Shown here piece after piece: positions 52,792 through 64,000 of a stretch of DNA of 64,000 bases. This DNA comes from Neocallimastix sp. 'constans' (lineage: Eukaryota), in NCBI GenBank assembly GCA_050613775.1, contig JBODTK010000012.1, positions 682,001-746,000 of the forward strand, given 5' to 3'. The notes below the pieces were generated by a model that was given only the letters and a program-made list of their open reading frames with translations, did not search any database and was not told the origin of the DNA. A program made the position numbers and the translations under genes. Position 1 is the stretch's first letter. Each line of letters opens with the position of its first letter.

Positions 52792-54438
52792 ATGTTCAAG
52801 AATATTTTAAAGTGTTTTGCTTTATTCACTGTTTATAATGTTGTAGCTGATGCTAAGGTCTCTCTCGACTATACAAATGATGGTGTTTTAAGAAAAGATG
52901 GTGAATGTAATATCAATTTCATTAATTTCGGTATTAATAATGATATTATTGATCTCAAAATTAAAAAGGAAAATAATTCAAATGGAACTTTCAATTTATT
53001 AATTAGTGATTTAAAGAATGCTAATGCCTATCTTAATAATAAGAGCACCGGTTACACTTTCAATGATAATGAAATTAAGAACTATGTTAAAGTCAATCAA
53101 AATGGTAATGCTATTAAAGATATCGAAGCTACCGCTGCTCCACATGGTCGTTTCTCACTTTTAATTAAAAATTTAAAAAGTTGTGAAGGTCTTTCCATTA
53201 AAGAAACCTTTAAAACTGATGTTTTAATTAATAGTTATTTATATTATTCTAATGTTAAACCAAATGGTATTAATCATGCTTATGATATTGTTGAATTTGG
53301 ACCATCTTCCAATAATGTTCCATATGATACTCTTAAATGGAATATGAATACCGGTTTAGACAGTGCCAGAGAAAAATGTGGAATTTATATTGATTATCAT
53401 GAATTTGATTATACTGGTGGAGCCCACTGGAAATGGTATCTTTCTACAGATAACATCAATAATAAGAAATGTGATAATCCTGCATTCTATGCAACTGTTA
53501 AAGATTCTTATGCTAATTATGAAGTTATGGAAGAACTCTTTGGAGATCATTACAATGGTTATGTCATTAAGAGAGAAGGATCAGGAATTGGACATATGGA
53601 TGGTATTCTTGTTGATCAAAAATATTTAATTGAAATTTATCAAAATGGATGTGATGAACAAAACAAAGATCAAGTTATTTGTACTATTTCATCAAACAAG
53701 AAACTTACATATAAGGAATTCACTCAAGAATTTGTTAAGAATTGTCCAAGTATTATTGAAGATCCAAAAGAAGAAGTTAAATGGTCAGTTGATGAAAATG
53801 GAATTACTGCTAAATATGATAGTTATTCATTTAATATTACTAATTACAATCGTGGAGCATTACCAAAGAATGAAAATGAATCAGTAAGTTACAAAGAATT
53901 CAAAGCAGCCAATTCTAGTGGTATTGCTCGTTTCAATGTTTGTACTAAATGTGGAGATGGAACATACATTGGAGAAAAATGTAAATGTGTTTCCTGTCCA
54001 GAAAATTGTACTAAATGTCTTGATGGTAAAACATGTACTGAATGTGCTACTGGAAGTGAATTAATTGATGGTTCCTGTAAGAAGATTATTACTACTACAA
54101 CTACTATCACTACCACTACTACTACTATCACTACTACTATTACTAAGGTTCCAACTACTACTATTGTTGAAGAAACTGAAACAGTTGATAATGTTACTGA
54201 AAAAGAAGAACCAACTGAAAGTGAAATTTTCGATGATGAAGAAGAAACTAGTGATGCTAATGATTCAGATATAGAAGAAGAAGAAGTCACTGATGAACCA
54301 ACAGAAGTTAAAGAAGAAGAAGATGATGATGATATAGAAGAAGCTACAGAAATTGAAAACAAACCAAAACCAATAACTAAGGTTGTTGTTGTTAAAAAAC
54401 CAAAAACAATTAAAAAATGTTTAATTAAGAAAAATTAA
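52792..54438 (+). CDS. Secreted Cys-rich protein, tandem copy 2
   Basis: 548 aa, near-identical to copy 1; UTR intron predicted at 52590-52701. Confidence 0.9.
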   Translation: MFKNILKCFALFTVYNVVADAKVSLDYTNDGVLRKDGECNINFINFGINNDIIDLKIKKENNSNGTFNLLISDLKNANAYLNNKSTGYTFNDNEIKNYVKVNQNGNAIKDIEATAAPHGRFSLLIKNLKSCEGLSIKETFKTDVLINSYLYYSNVKPNGINHAYDIVEFGPSSNNVPYDTLKWNMNTGLDSAREKCGIYIDYHEFDYTGGAHWKWYLSTDNINNKKCDNPAFYATVKDSYANYEVMEELFGDHYNGYVIKREGSGIGHMDGILVDQKYLIEIYQNGCDEQNKDQVICTISSNKKLTYKEFTQEFVKNCPSIIEDPKEEVKWSVDENGITAKYDSYSFNITNYNRGALPKNENESVSYKEFKAANSSGIARFNVCTKCGDGTYIGEKCKCVSCPENCTKCLDGKTCTECATGSELIDGSCKKIITTTTTITTTTTTITTTITKVPTTTIVEETETVDNVTEKEEPTESEIFDDEEETSDANDSDIEEEEVTDEPTEVKEEEDDDDIEEATEIENKPKPITKVVVVKKPKTIKKCLIKKN

Positions 54439-55472
54439 ATTTATAATAAAGAAAAACTGAACTATTAAAAAGTATATAGTTTTAATGTTAAATATATACT
54501 ACTCTAAAAATATAGATTTCAAAATAAATTTAAAAAAATATTATATATAAGAATATATTAAAAATTAATAATAATATAATTTATATTTAATATAATTAAA
54601 AATTATATTATGCTTTTCATAAAATTATTTTAAAAATGTAAATATATACATATAATATATATACTTATAATATATATATTATATAACCATCATAATTTTA
54701 TTTGAAATATATAGAGGATTAATTATTAAAAAAAATAAATATATATATTTATGTTTTATTTTTTTTTATGACATAATTATGATAATTATTTGTTATTAAT
54801 AATCAAATTATTTTACAAAATTTTTTATTTAAAAACTAATATTAATTGTATATTAAAATATTTTAATTAAATAATGCATAAATAAAAGTTATCTTTAAAA
54901 AAAAAAATAATAAATAAATATAGGTCATTTCTGTTTTTTTTTTTTTTTTTTTTTGATTTATAGTTATTTATTTTTACTTTAAATATAATTGAAAATTATA
55001 CCTTTAATTCTTAAAAAAACCTATAAAAATTGTGAATTAAATAATTTCATTTAAAATTTGTATAATTAATAATGTAATAATATAGAATGCAATGTATAAC
55101 TATGAAATATTAAATATAACTTTCTGAATATTTTAGACTATCTAATTTAGAAATTTAAATGATTTTAAAATCAAATATTATTAAATATATATTATATTAT
55201 TTTTTTTTTTCAATACAACTATATTAAATAAAAACAAAAATTTATATATATTTTTATAAAAATTTTTGTTTTTTTATTTTACTTTTTAGGAAAATGGGTT
55301 TGTATATTATAATAGAATATATAATAATTATATAAGAAATGAAAATATTACTAAAAACACGTTTAATTTCATATTTCGATTTCTGAACTAATTCCTCTAA
55401 TAAATGAAATCTTATAATAAATAAAAAGACCTAATAAAATCATATTAAAAAAAAATAAAACAAAATAAAATA

Positions 55473-55503
<31 letters not shown>

Positions 55504-56242
55504 TTTTAGATTATAATAAAAATAGTAATACATAGGTTTATTTCATATTTTTAAAATATTTATAATAAAACAATTTACTGTATATACAAATAACTATATA
55601 CTTTTAAAAATATATAATTAGCTTCGTACTTCAGAAATGTTGCCCTATAAATAAAATATTTATATTATTGAAAATCTAAAATATAATACAATAACTGTAT
55701 AAAAAAAAAATTTATTATATTTTCATAATTTATAATTTATATTATTTATAAAAAAAAAAGATTTTATTATTTAATTAAAATTTAGAACATCATTTATAAG
55801 TAGTAATCCAAAATTAAATTATGAAATTTAATTATAATTTCAAAATAAAATATAAAGAATACAGTGCAGTATTAAATAAAGGAGGAAAATTAAATATAAA
55901 TATTTTATATTTCAATTATAATAATTTTTTATATATATATTTTGAATTCAGTGATTCTATCATTAAACAGACTTATAACTAAATAATTATTTTTACCATA
56001 AAAAATTATTAAATAATTTATTCAAACTAAAATGATTTTTTTTTCCATTTTGTTCTAATATATAAGTATTACTGAATAAAATATTTATCATTAAATTTAT
56101 TTTTTTATTAAAACATTTAATATTTTTAAATTTTGTGGTATCTCCTATTTTTCATGTATTAAAATTTTTATTTTATTTAATTAAAGTAATATTAAATAAA
56201 TTAATAATATGATGTAAAAAGAATTAATTTTAAACTAAACTA

Positions 56243-56273
<31 letters not shown>

Positions 56274-58045
56274 AATAAATGTCAAATATTTAATTATAAA
56301 AAAAAGTTATATTAAAATAAAAAAGTGACTATTTATTGATTTTTTTGATCGACGATTGTTATTATATCAAATTATTAATATAAATAATTGTTAATTAAAA
56401 TATTTATTAAATATTCATTTCTAATTATTAAAAGCAATTAAAAATTAATTATATTTTTTATATTTATTATAATTATTTTAAAAGGAAAATAAATTATTTA
56501 AACTTGTTTATTGTTTAAGGAAAAATTACAATATAGTAACTATAATTATTTTAAAAAATATAAAAATAATAAGATATAGAAAAGTTATATATATAAAATA
56601 ATAATAGTAAAATATATTAAAAAATATCAATTAATAATAATATTATAATAATTATAATAACATATTATTTTATATAAAATATTAGAATTCAAATATAAAA
56701 TATTTAAAAGATTATTTTTTAAATAATTTTTTGATTTTTTTTTTTTTTATTTTAAGAAATATATGAAATATTAAAATTCAAATATATAATAATTACAAGG
56801 TTATTTTTAAATAATTTCTGTGTTTTATTATTATTATTATTATTATTATTACTTGTTTTTTTCTCATAATTTTTTTAAATATCTTATTTTTTACATGTTT
56901 TATTTTTTACATGCTTTTTTTATATGTTTTTTTTTTTTACATTGTTTTTTTATATTTTCTTTCTAAATGTGTTAATACTCCATATATTTGTATTAAACTT
57001 TTTATTTTTTATTATTGTTAATAATTATTAAATAAAATGAAATAATTATCTAAATATTTTAATATGTATTATAAATATTATTCATATATATTTATTTTTT
57101 ATTATAAAAATTTTTAAATATTGTTTTTTGTTTTTATTATTAATTAAATTTATTTATTTTTGAATTTTCTGTTAATAATTTTCTATAAAAAATAAAATAT
57201 TAGTTAAAGTTCATAATTATATAGTAATAATAAATATATAATAGAAATGAAATGAAAATCTTTTAATATATATAATCAAAAATAATATAAAATTTTAATT
57301 TTTTAATTATTCCTTTATTAAAGTTTAATTTAATTTACTAAGATCAATAAATTATTTAATTAACTATCAATATTTACTTTTTTTTTTTTTTTATATTATT
57401 TTAAATTTTTATTATAATGAACACACCCACACACTATATTAATATGTTAATATTAAAATTTTTTTATCAATTCGCTGATTAAATAAAAAATATGCAAATT
57501 TTAATTTACTAATGATTTAAACTTAATATAAACTATTAAAACTAGCCAATAATCTGTTATATTTAATTATTTCCTTTTAATATAATAAAATATTTAATAC
57601 AGTTTTAGAAAAAAAAAAATTATATTATCTCCATAAAATAATTATTTGAATAATATTTTTTTTTTTAAGAAATAATAATAATTAAAATAATAATTATTAC
57701 AACAGCAAGTTTTCTTCTTATTAATTTTTTTTTATTTAAAAGAACAATTTTTTTCCATCATTTTTAAAATTCATTAATTATCATAATTAATAACATAACA
57801 TAAATATTATTATATTTTATATTTAATAAATTCATTAATACAACATCTATATTTAGGTAAATTTAATAATTTTATTTTTAATTTACATAAATAATTATAA
57901 TTAAATTAATAATATATTAATAATAGCTAATAATTATTCCTTATATATAATATTTATATAGGTGAAAGTCACTTTATTAATAGTGATATTTAAATAGAGA
58001 GATTTATAAATATTTTTTAACTTCTAATATAAAAATAAAAATAAA

Positions 58046-59689
58046 ATGTTCAAGAATATTTTAAAGTTTTTTGCTTTATTCACTGTTTATAATGTTGTAG
58101 CTGATGCTAAGGTCTCTCTCGACTATACAAATGATGGTGTTTTAAGAAAAGATGGTGAATGTAATATCAATTTCATTAATTTCGGTATTAATAACGATAT
58201 TATTGATCTCAAAATTAAAAAGGAAAATAATTCAAATGGAACTTTCAATTTATTAATTAGTGATTTAAAGAATGCTAATGCCTATCTTAATAATAAGAGC
58301 ACTGGTTACACTTTCAATGATAATGAAATTAAGAACTATGTTAAAGTCAATCAAAATGGTAATGCTATTAAAGATATCGAAGCTACCGCTGCTCCACATG
58401 GTCGTTTCTCACTTTTAATTAAAAATTTAAAAAGTTGTGAAGGTCTTTCCATTAAAGAAACCTTTAAAACTGATGTTTTAATTAATAGTTATTTATATTA
58501 TTCTAATGTTAAACCAAATGGTATTAATCATGCTTATGATATTGTTGAATTTGGTCCATCTTCTAATAATGTTCCATATGATACTCTTAAATGGAATATG
58601 AATACTGGTTTAGACAGTGCCAGAGAAAAATGTGGAATTTATATTGATTATCATGAATTTGATTATACTGGTGGAGCCCACTGGAAATGGTATCTTTCTA
58701 CAGATAATATCAATAATAAGAAATGTGATAATCCTGCATTCTATGCAGCTGTTAAAGATTCTTATGCTAATTATGAAGTTATGGAAGAACTCTTTGGAGA
58801 TCATTACAATGGTTATGTCATTAAGAGAGAAGGATCAGGAATTGGACATATGGATGGTATTCTTGTTGATCAAAAATATTTAATTGAAATTTATCAAAAT
58901 GGATGTGATGAACAAAATAAAGATCAAGTTATTTGTACTATTTCATCAAATAAGAAACTTATATATAAGGAATTCACTCAAGAATTTGTTAAGAATTGTC
59001 CAAGTATTATTGAAGATCCAAAAGAAGAAGTTAAATGGTCAGTTGATGAAAATGGAATTACTGCTAAATATGATAGTTATTCATTTAATATTACTAATTA
59101 CAATCGTGGAGCATTACCAAAGAATGAAAATGAATCGGTTAGTTACAAAGAATTCAAAGCAGCCAATTCTAGTGGTATTGCTCGTTTCAATGTTTGTACT
59201 AAATGTGGAGATGGAACATACATTGGAGAAAAATGTAAATGTGTTTCCTGTCCAGAAAATTGTACTAAATGTCTTGATGGTAAAACATGTACTGAATGTG
59301 CTACTGGAAGTGAATTAATTGATGGTGCCTGTAAGAAGATTATTACTACTACAACTACTACCACTACTACTACTACTATCACTACTACTATTACTAAGGT
59401 TCCAACTACTACTATTGTTGAAGAAACTGAAACAGTTGATAATGTTACTGAAAAAGAAGAACCAACTGAAAGTGAAATTTTCGATGATGAAGAAGAAACT
59501 AGTGATGCTAATGATTCAGATATAGAAGAAGAAGAAGTTACTGATGAACCAACAGAAGTTAAAGAAGAAGATGAAGATGATGATATTGAAGAAGCTACAG
59601 AAACTGAAAACAAACCAAAACCAATAACAAAGGTTGTTGTTGTTAAAAGACCAAAAACAATCAAAAAATGTTTAATTAAGAAAAATTAA
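58046..59689 (+). CDS. Secreted Cys-rich protein, tandem copy 3
   Basis: 547 aa, near-identical; UTR intron predicted at 57857-57961. Confidence 0.9.
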   Translation: MFKNILKFFALFTVYNVVADAKVSLDYTNDGVLRKDGECNINFINFGINNDIIDLKIKKENNSNGTFNLLISDLKNANAYLNNKSTGYTFNDNEIKNYVKVNQNGNAIKDIEATAAPHGRFSLLIKNLKSCEGLSIKETFKTDVLINSYLYYSNVKPNGINHAYDIVEFGPSSNNVPYDTLKWNMNTGLDSAREKCGIYIDYHEFDYTGGAHWKWYLSTDNINNKKCDNPAFYAAVKDSYANYEVMEELFGDHYNGYVIKREGSGIGHMDGILVDQKYLIEIYQNGCDEQNKDQVICTISSNKKLIYKEFTQEFVKNCPSIIEDPKEEVKWSVDENGITAKYDSYSFNITNYNRGALPKNENESVSYKEFKAANSSGIARFNVCTKCGDGTYIGEKCKCVSCPENCTKCLDGKTCTECATGSELIDGACKKIITTTTTTTTTTTITTTITKVPTTTIVEETETVDNVTEKEEPTESEIFDDEEETSDANDSDIEEEEVTDEPTEVKEEDEDDDIEEATETENKPKPITKVVVVKRPKTIKKCLIKKN

Positions 59690-61347
59690 ATTTTTAATTA
59701 ACAAAATCAGAACTATTAAAAATTCATTAAGTATATATTTTTAATGCTAAATATATACTTCTTACTTTAAAAATATAGATTTTAAAATAAATTTTTAAAA
59801 AATATTGTAAATAGGAATAAAATAATATAATTAAAAATTAATAATATTTTAATTTATATTAATAATTTAAAAATTATTCTTTTTTTTTAAATTATTTAAA
59901 AATATAATATTATATAAATAAATAATAAAAATATAGACAATTAATTATTAAAAAAATATTATATATATATTATATACATATTATATATATTATATATATA
60001 TATATATATATTTTATATTTTTTTAACATAATTAATATTATTTATTATTAATTTTTAAATGAAAATTTTGTAAAATTAATAATCAAATTCATTTTTATTA
60101 TATAATAATATATTTTAATTTTATTATATATAAATAAAAGTTTTCCTAAAAAAAAAAAAAAAAAAAAAAAATCAAACGTAAATCATTACTGATTTTATTT
60201 TTTTATTTATTGTTTCTTATTTTATCTTTAAAATTAATAAATAATTATATCTCTTATTAATTAGATTTATTCAATATAATATTGAATATAAATTTTAAAA
60301 AAATTTTTTTTCTAATATTTATAATTAATTTTCAATTAGGACTATTTACTATTCACTTCTATTGTTTTTTTCGAACATCTCAATAAAGTAAAAACAAACA
60401 CAAAACTAGAAACAAAAAAAAAAAAGCAATTTCAAAAAAAATAAAGAAATTAATATTTTAAACAGATAAAATATATATTATTATAATAAAATATATATTA
60501 TTATAAAATTCCTCAATTACTATTTATTTTTACTTATTAGGAAAGTAGGGTTGGTAAATTACAATTAATTAAAATTAATTATTAAATTAAAAAATTAATT
60601 TGAAACACGTTTAGCTTTTTATTTTTTGATATTTTTAAACTAATTCATAAAATCTTAAATATATATCCTTTGTAAAATCATATTAAAAAAAAAAAATAAA
60701 AAAAAAAAAAAAAGAAAACTAATAAAAAATTATATAAATTAAATTTTAGGTTTATAATAAAATAATTATTTATAAAGCTTATTTCATATTTTTAAAATAT
60801 TTACAATAAAACAAATAACCATATAAATAATAAACATATGTTATTAAAGCAAATATATCTTATATCATCTATTAATTACTAAATTTAAAAATAAAAATAC
60901 ATAATAGAGAATAATAATATATAATAATATATTCTCACATAATAATATTTTTATACTAAATTATATTCTTAAAAATTTGATATAGAAATTTTTATTAAAT
61001 TTCGTAATTTAAGAATTTTTCTTTTTTTTCAAAAAAAAAATAATAATAATAATAATAAATAAATAAATAAATAAATAAATACTTTATATTTCAATTATTA
61101 TAAAATTTATTTTTTAAATTTGATGATTCTATCATAAAATAGAATTTCAATTAAATATTTTTTTTTTTTTTTTTTACCATAAAAAATTTAATTAATTATT
61201 TAATGATATTTTTTTTAAATATATAAAAAGAAAAAAAAAAAAATTTAGTTTTAGTGTATGATGTTATTCTGAATATTAAATTTATCAAAAATTTTATATA
61301 TTATTAAAATATTTAATATTTTTAAATTTTGTGGTAATCTCCTATAT

Positions 61348-61400
<53 letters not shown>

Positions 61401-63202
61401 GATCAATAAAAAATAATAAATAGTCACTTTTACTTTATTATATTATTATATTTATATAATGTTTTATTTATTTAACTATTTATCATCTTTATTATTAAAT
61501 ATCAAATTATTAATATAAAATTGTTTGTTTGTAATATTTTGAAATAAATATTTAATAAATTTAATACTTTTTTAAATTATTAATTTAAAATTGTTTGTTG
61601 AAATAAATATTTAAAAAATTTAATACTTTTTTAAATATTAATTTCTAAGTATTATAAACTATTAAAAATTAATTTTATTATTTTTATATTAATTATAATT
61701 ATAATTTAAGGAAAATTAATTATTAACATCTGATAAAATCTTAAATTATTGTTTTAAATTTTAATTTCTTTAAGGAAAATTAATTATGTAAATTTGATAA
61801 AATATTCAATTTATTGTTTTAAAATTTGTAGAAATGACAATATAATAATTATTATTATTAAAAAATATAAAAATAATAATAAAATATATAATAATAATGA
61901 TAATAATAATAAAATATATTAAAAAAAATAATAAATATATAATAATAATAAAAATAAAAAAAAAAAAAAAAAAAAATAGCTATGATAATAAAAATATAAT
62001 ATATTATAAAAAAGTAATTATAAATTTTTAAAAAAAAAAAAAAAATTAATATTCATTTATATATATATATATATAAAAAGCGTGAATCAATTATTTTTTA
62101 ATTTATGATATATACATGAAATATTAATATTCAAATATAAAATAATTATAAGATTAATTTTTAAATATATATATATATTATTTTTACATGAGTTAATATT
62201 TAAAATATTTGTATTAAACTACATTGATTACGATTATGAATTATTATTTATTAAATAAATGAAAAAATTATTTAAATATTATAATATTACATATTACATA
62301 TTATATTTTTATATTAAAAAAGTTTCAAATATTATTTATTTAATAATAATAATTATAATTATAATAAAATATTTCTATTAATAATGAATTATTATTTATT
62401 AAATAAATGAAATAATTATTTAAATATTTTAATATTACATTTTTTATATTAAAAAAAAATTAAATATAATTTATTCTTTCCATTTTCTGTTAAAAAAATA
62501 ATTCATTTTAGTATTTTCTGTTAATAATTTTCTATCAAAATCCATAATAATTAAAATATATAGAAATACTTATCATTTAATTTACATATTCAAAAAAAAA
62601 AAATATAAAAATTTAATTTTTTTAATTATTCCTTCATTAAAATTTAATTTAAACTTGAGTGAATTTTAATATATACTACTAAAGCTGGCCAATAATCCTT
62701 TAAATTTAATTATTTCCTTTTAATAAAATAAAATATTTAATAGAGTTTTAAAAATTAAAAATTATATTATCTCCATAAAATAATTATTTGAATAATATTT
62801 TTTTATAAGAAATAATAGTAATAAATTATAAAAATAATATAATAATAATAATAAACAGTTTCATTAATTCTTTTTTTATATAAAAGAAAAACTTTTTTCC
62901 ACCATTTTTAAAGTTCATTAATTATCATAATTAATAACATAAATATTATTATATTTTATATTTAATAAATTCATTAATACATCATCTATATTTAGGTAAA
63001 TTTAATTCTTATAACTTATTTTTTATAAACTTAAATATTAAAATTAAATTTAAAATATATTAATAATAATATTTAATAATTATTCCTTATTAATAAATAA
63101 TATTTTATATAGGTGAAAGTAACTGTCACTTTATTAATAGTGATATTTAAATAGAGAGATTTATAAAATTTTTTTAACTTCTAATATAAAAATAAAAATA
63201 AA

Positions 63203-64000
63203 ATGTTCAAGAATATTTTAAAGTGTTTTGCTTTATTCACTGTTTATAATGTTGTAGCCGATGCAAAGGTCTCTCTCGACTATACAAATGATGGTGTTTT
63301 AAGAAAAGATGGTGAATGTAATATCAATTTCATTAATTTCGGTATTAATAATGATATTATTGATCTCAAAATTAAAAAGGAAAATAATCCAAATGGAACT
63401 TTCAATTTATTAATTAGTGATTTAAAGAATGCTAATGCCTATCTTAATAATAAGAGCACCGGTTACACTTTCAATGATAATGAAATTAAGAACTATGTTA
63501 AAGTCAGTCAAAATGGTAATGCTATTAAAGATATCGAAGCTACCGCTGCTCCACATGGTCGTTTCTCACTTTTAATTAAAAATTTAAAAAGTTGTGAAGG
63601 TCTTTCCATTAAAGAAACCTTTAAAACTGATGTTTTAATTAATAGTTATTTATATTATTCTAATGTTAAACCAAATGGTATTAATCATGCTTATGATATT
63701 GTTGAATTTGGTCCATCTTCTAATAATGTTCCATATGATACTCTTAAATGGAATATGAATACTGGTTTAGACAGTGCCAGAGAAAAGTGTGGAATTTATA
63801 TTGATTATCATGAATTTGATTATACTGGTGGAGCCCACTGGAAATGGTATCTTTCTACAGATAATATCAATAATAAGAAATGTGATAATCCTGCATTCTA
63901 TGCAGCTGTTAAAGATTCTTATGCTAATTATGAAGTTATGGAAGAACTCTTTGGAGATCATTACAATGGTTATGTCATTAAGAGAGAAGGATCAGGAATT
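63203..64000 (+). CDS. Secreted Cys-rich protein, tandem copy 4 (runs off the window)
   Basis: ATGTTCAAGAAT at 63203, open and near-identical to the window end; absent from the ORF track because it has no stop; UTR intron predicted at 62996-63112. Confidence 0.9.
   Translation, partial: MFKNILKCFALFTVYNVVADAKVSLDYTNDGVLRKDGECNINFINFGINNDIIDLKIKKENNPNGTFNLLISDLKNANAYLNNKSTGYTFNDNEIKNYVKVSQNGNAIKDIEATAAPHGRFSLLIKNLKSCEGLSIKETFKTDVLINSYLYYSNVKPNGINHAYDIVEFGPSSNNVPYDTLKWNMNTGLDSAREKCGIYIDYHEFDYTGGAHWKWYLSTDNINNKKCDNPAFYAAVKDSYANYEVMEELFGDHYNGYVIKREGSGI

Noticed and set aside
48128..59664. Antisense and alternate-frame ORFs within the tandem genes (likewise within MET17, NIF3-like, CE4 and methyltransferase genes)
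   Set aside because: Shadows of the real CDS; they recur only because the CDSs are duplicated.

Overview
Extremely AT-rich eukaryotic genomic DNA with GT-AG introns and long (AAT)n/(AATAAAT)n microsatellites. The composition and gene content (a pyruvate formate-lyase relic, CE4 deacetylases, intronless bacterial-type genes) suggest an anaerobic gut fungus (Neocallimastigomycota); this assignment is an inference. In order: a decayed Ty1/copia pol interrupted by a double-foldback non-coding element; an intronless O-acetylhomoserine sulfhydrylase (MET17/metY) with three upstream GCCACA motifs; a full-length APE-RT LINE with poly(A) and a 14-bp TSD; an unexplained GC-rich structured island (candidate ncRNA); a palindromic pair of identical 109-aa NIF3/YqfO PII-like genes; a 5'-truncated second LINE with a 120-bp inverted copy of the neighbouring gene's upstream region at its 5' junction; an intronless SAM methyltransferase resembling MmtN/plant MMT methionine S-methyltransferases; a PFL C-terminal pseudogene fragment; a multi-exon BTB-domain membrane protein; two CE4 deacetylase paralogs separated by a 3x157-bp hairpin array; and a ~5.2-kb-period tandem array of at least 4 near-identical secreted Cys-rich protein genes. 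Family assignments come from remembered motifs; no searches were run.
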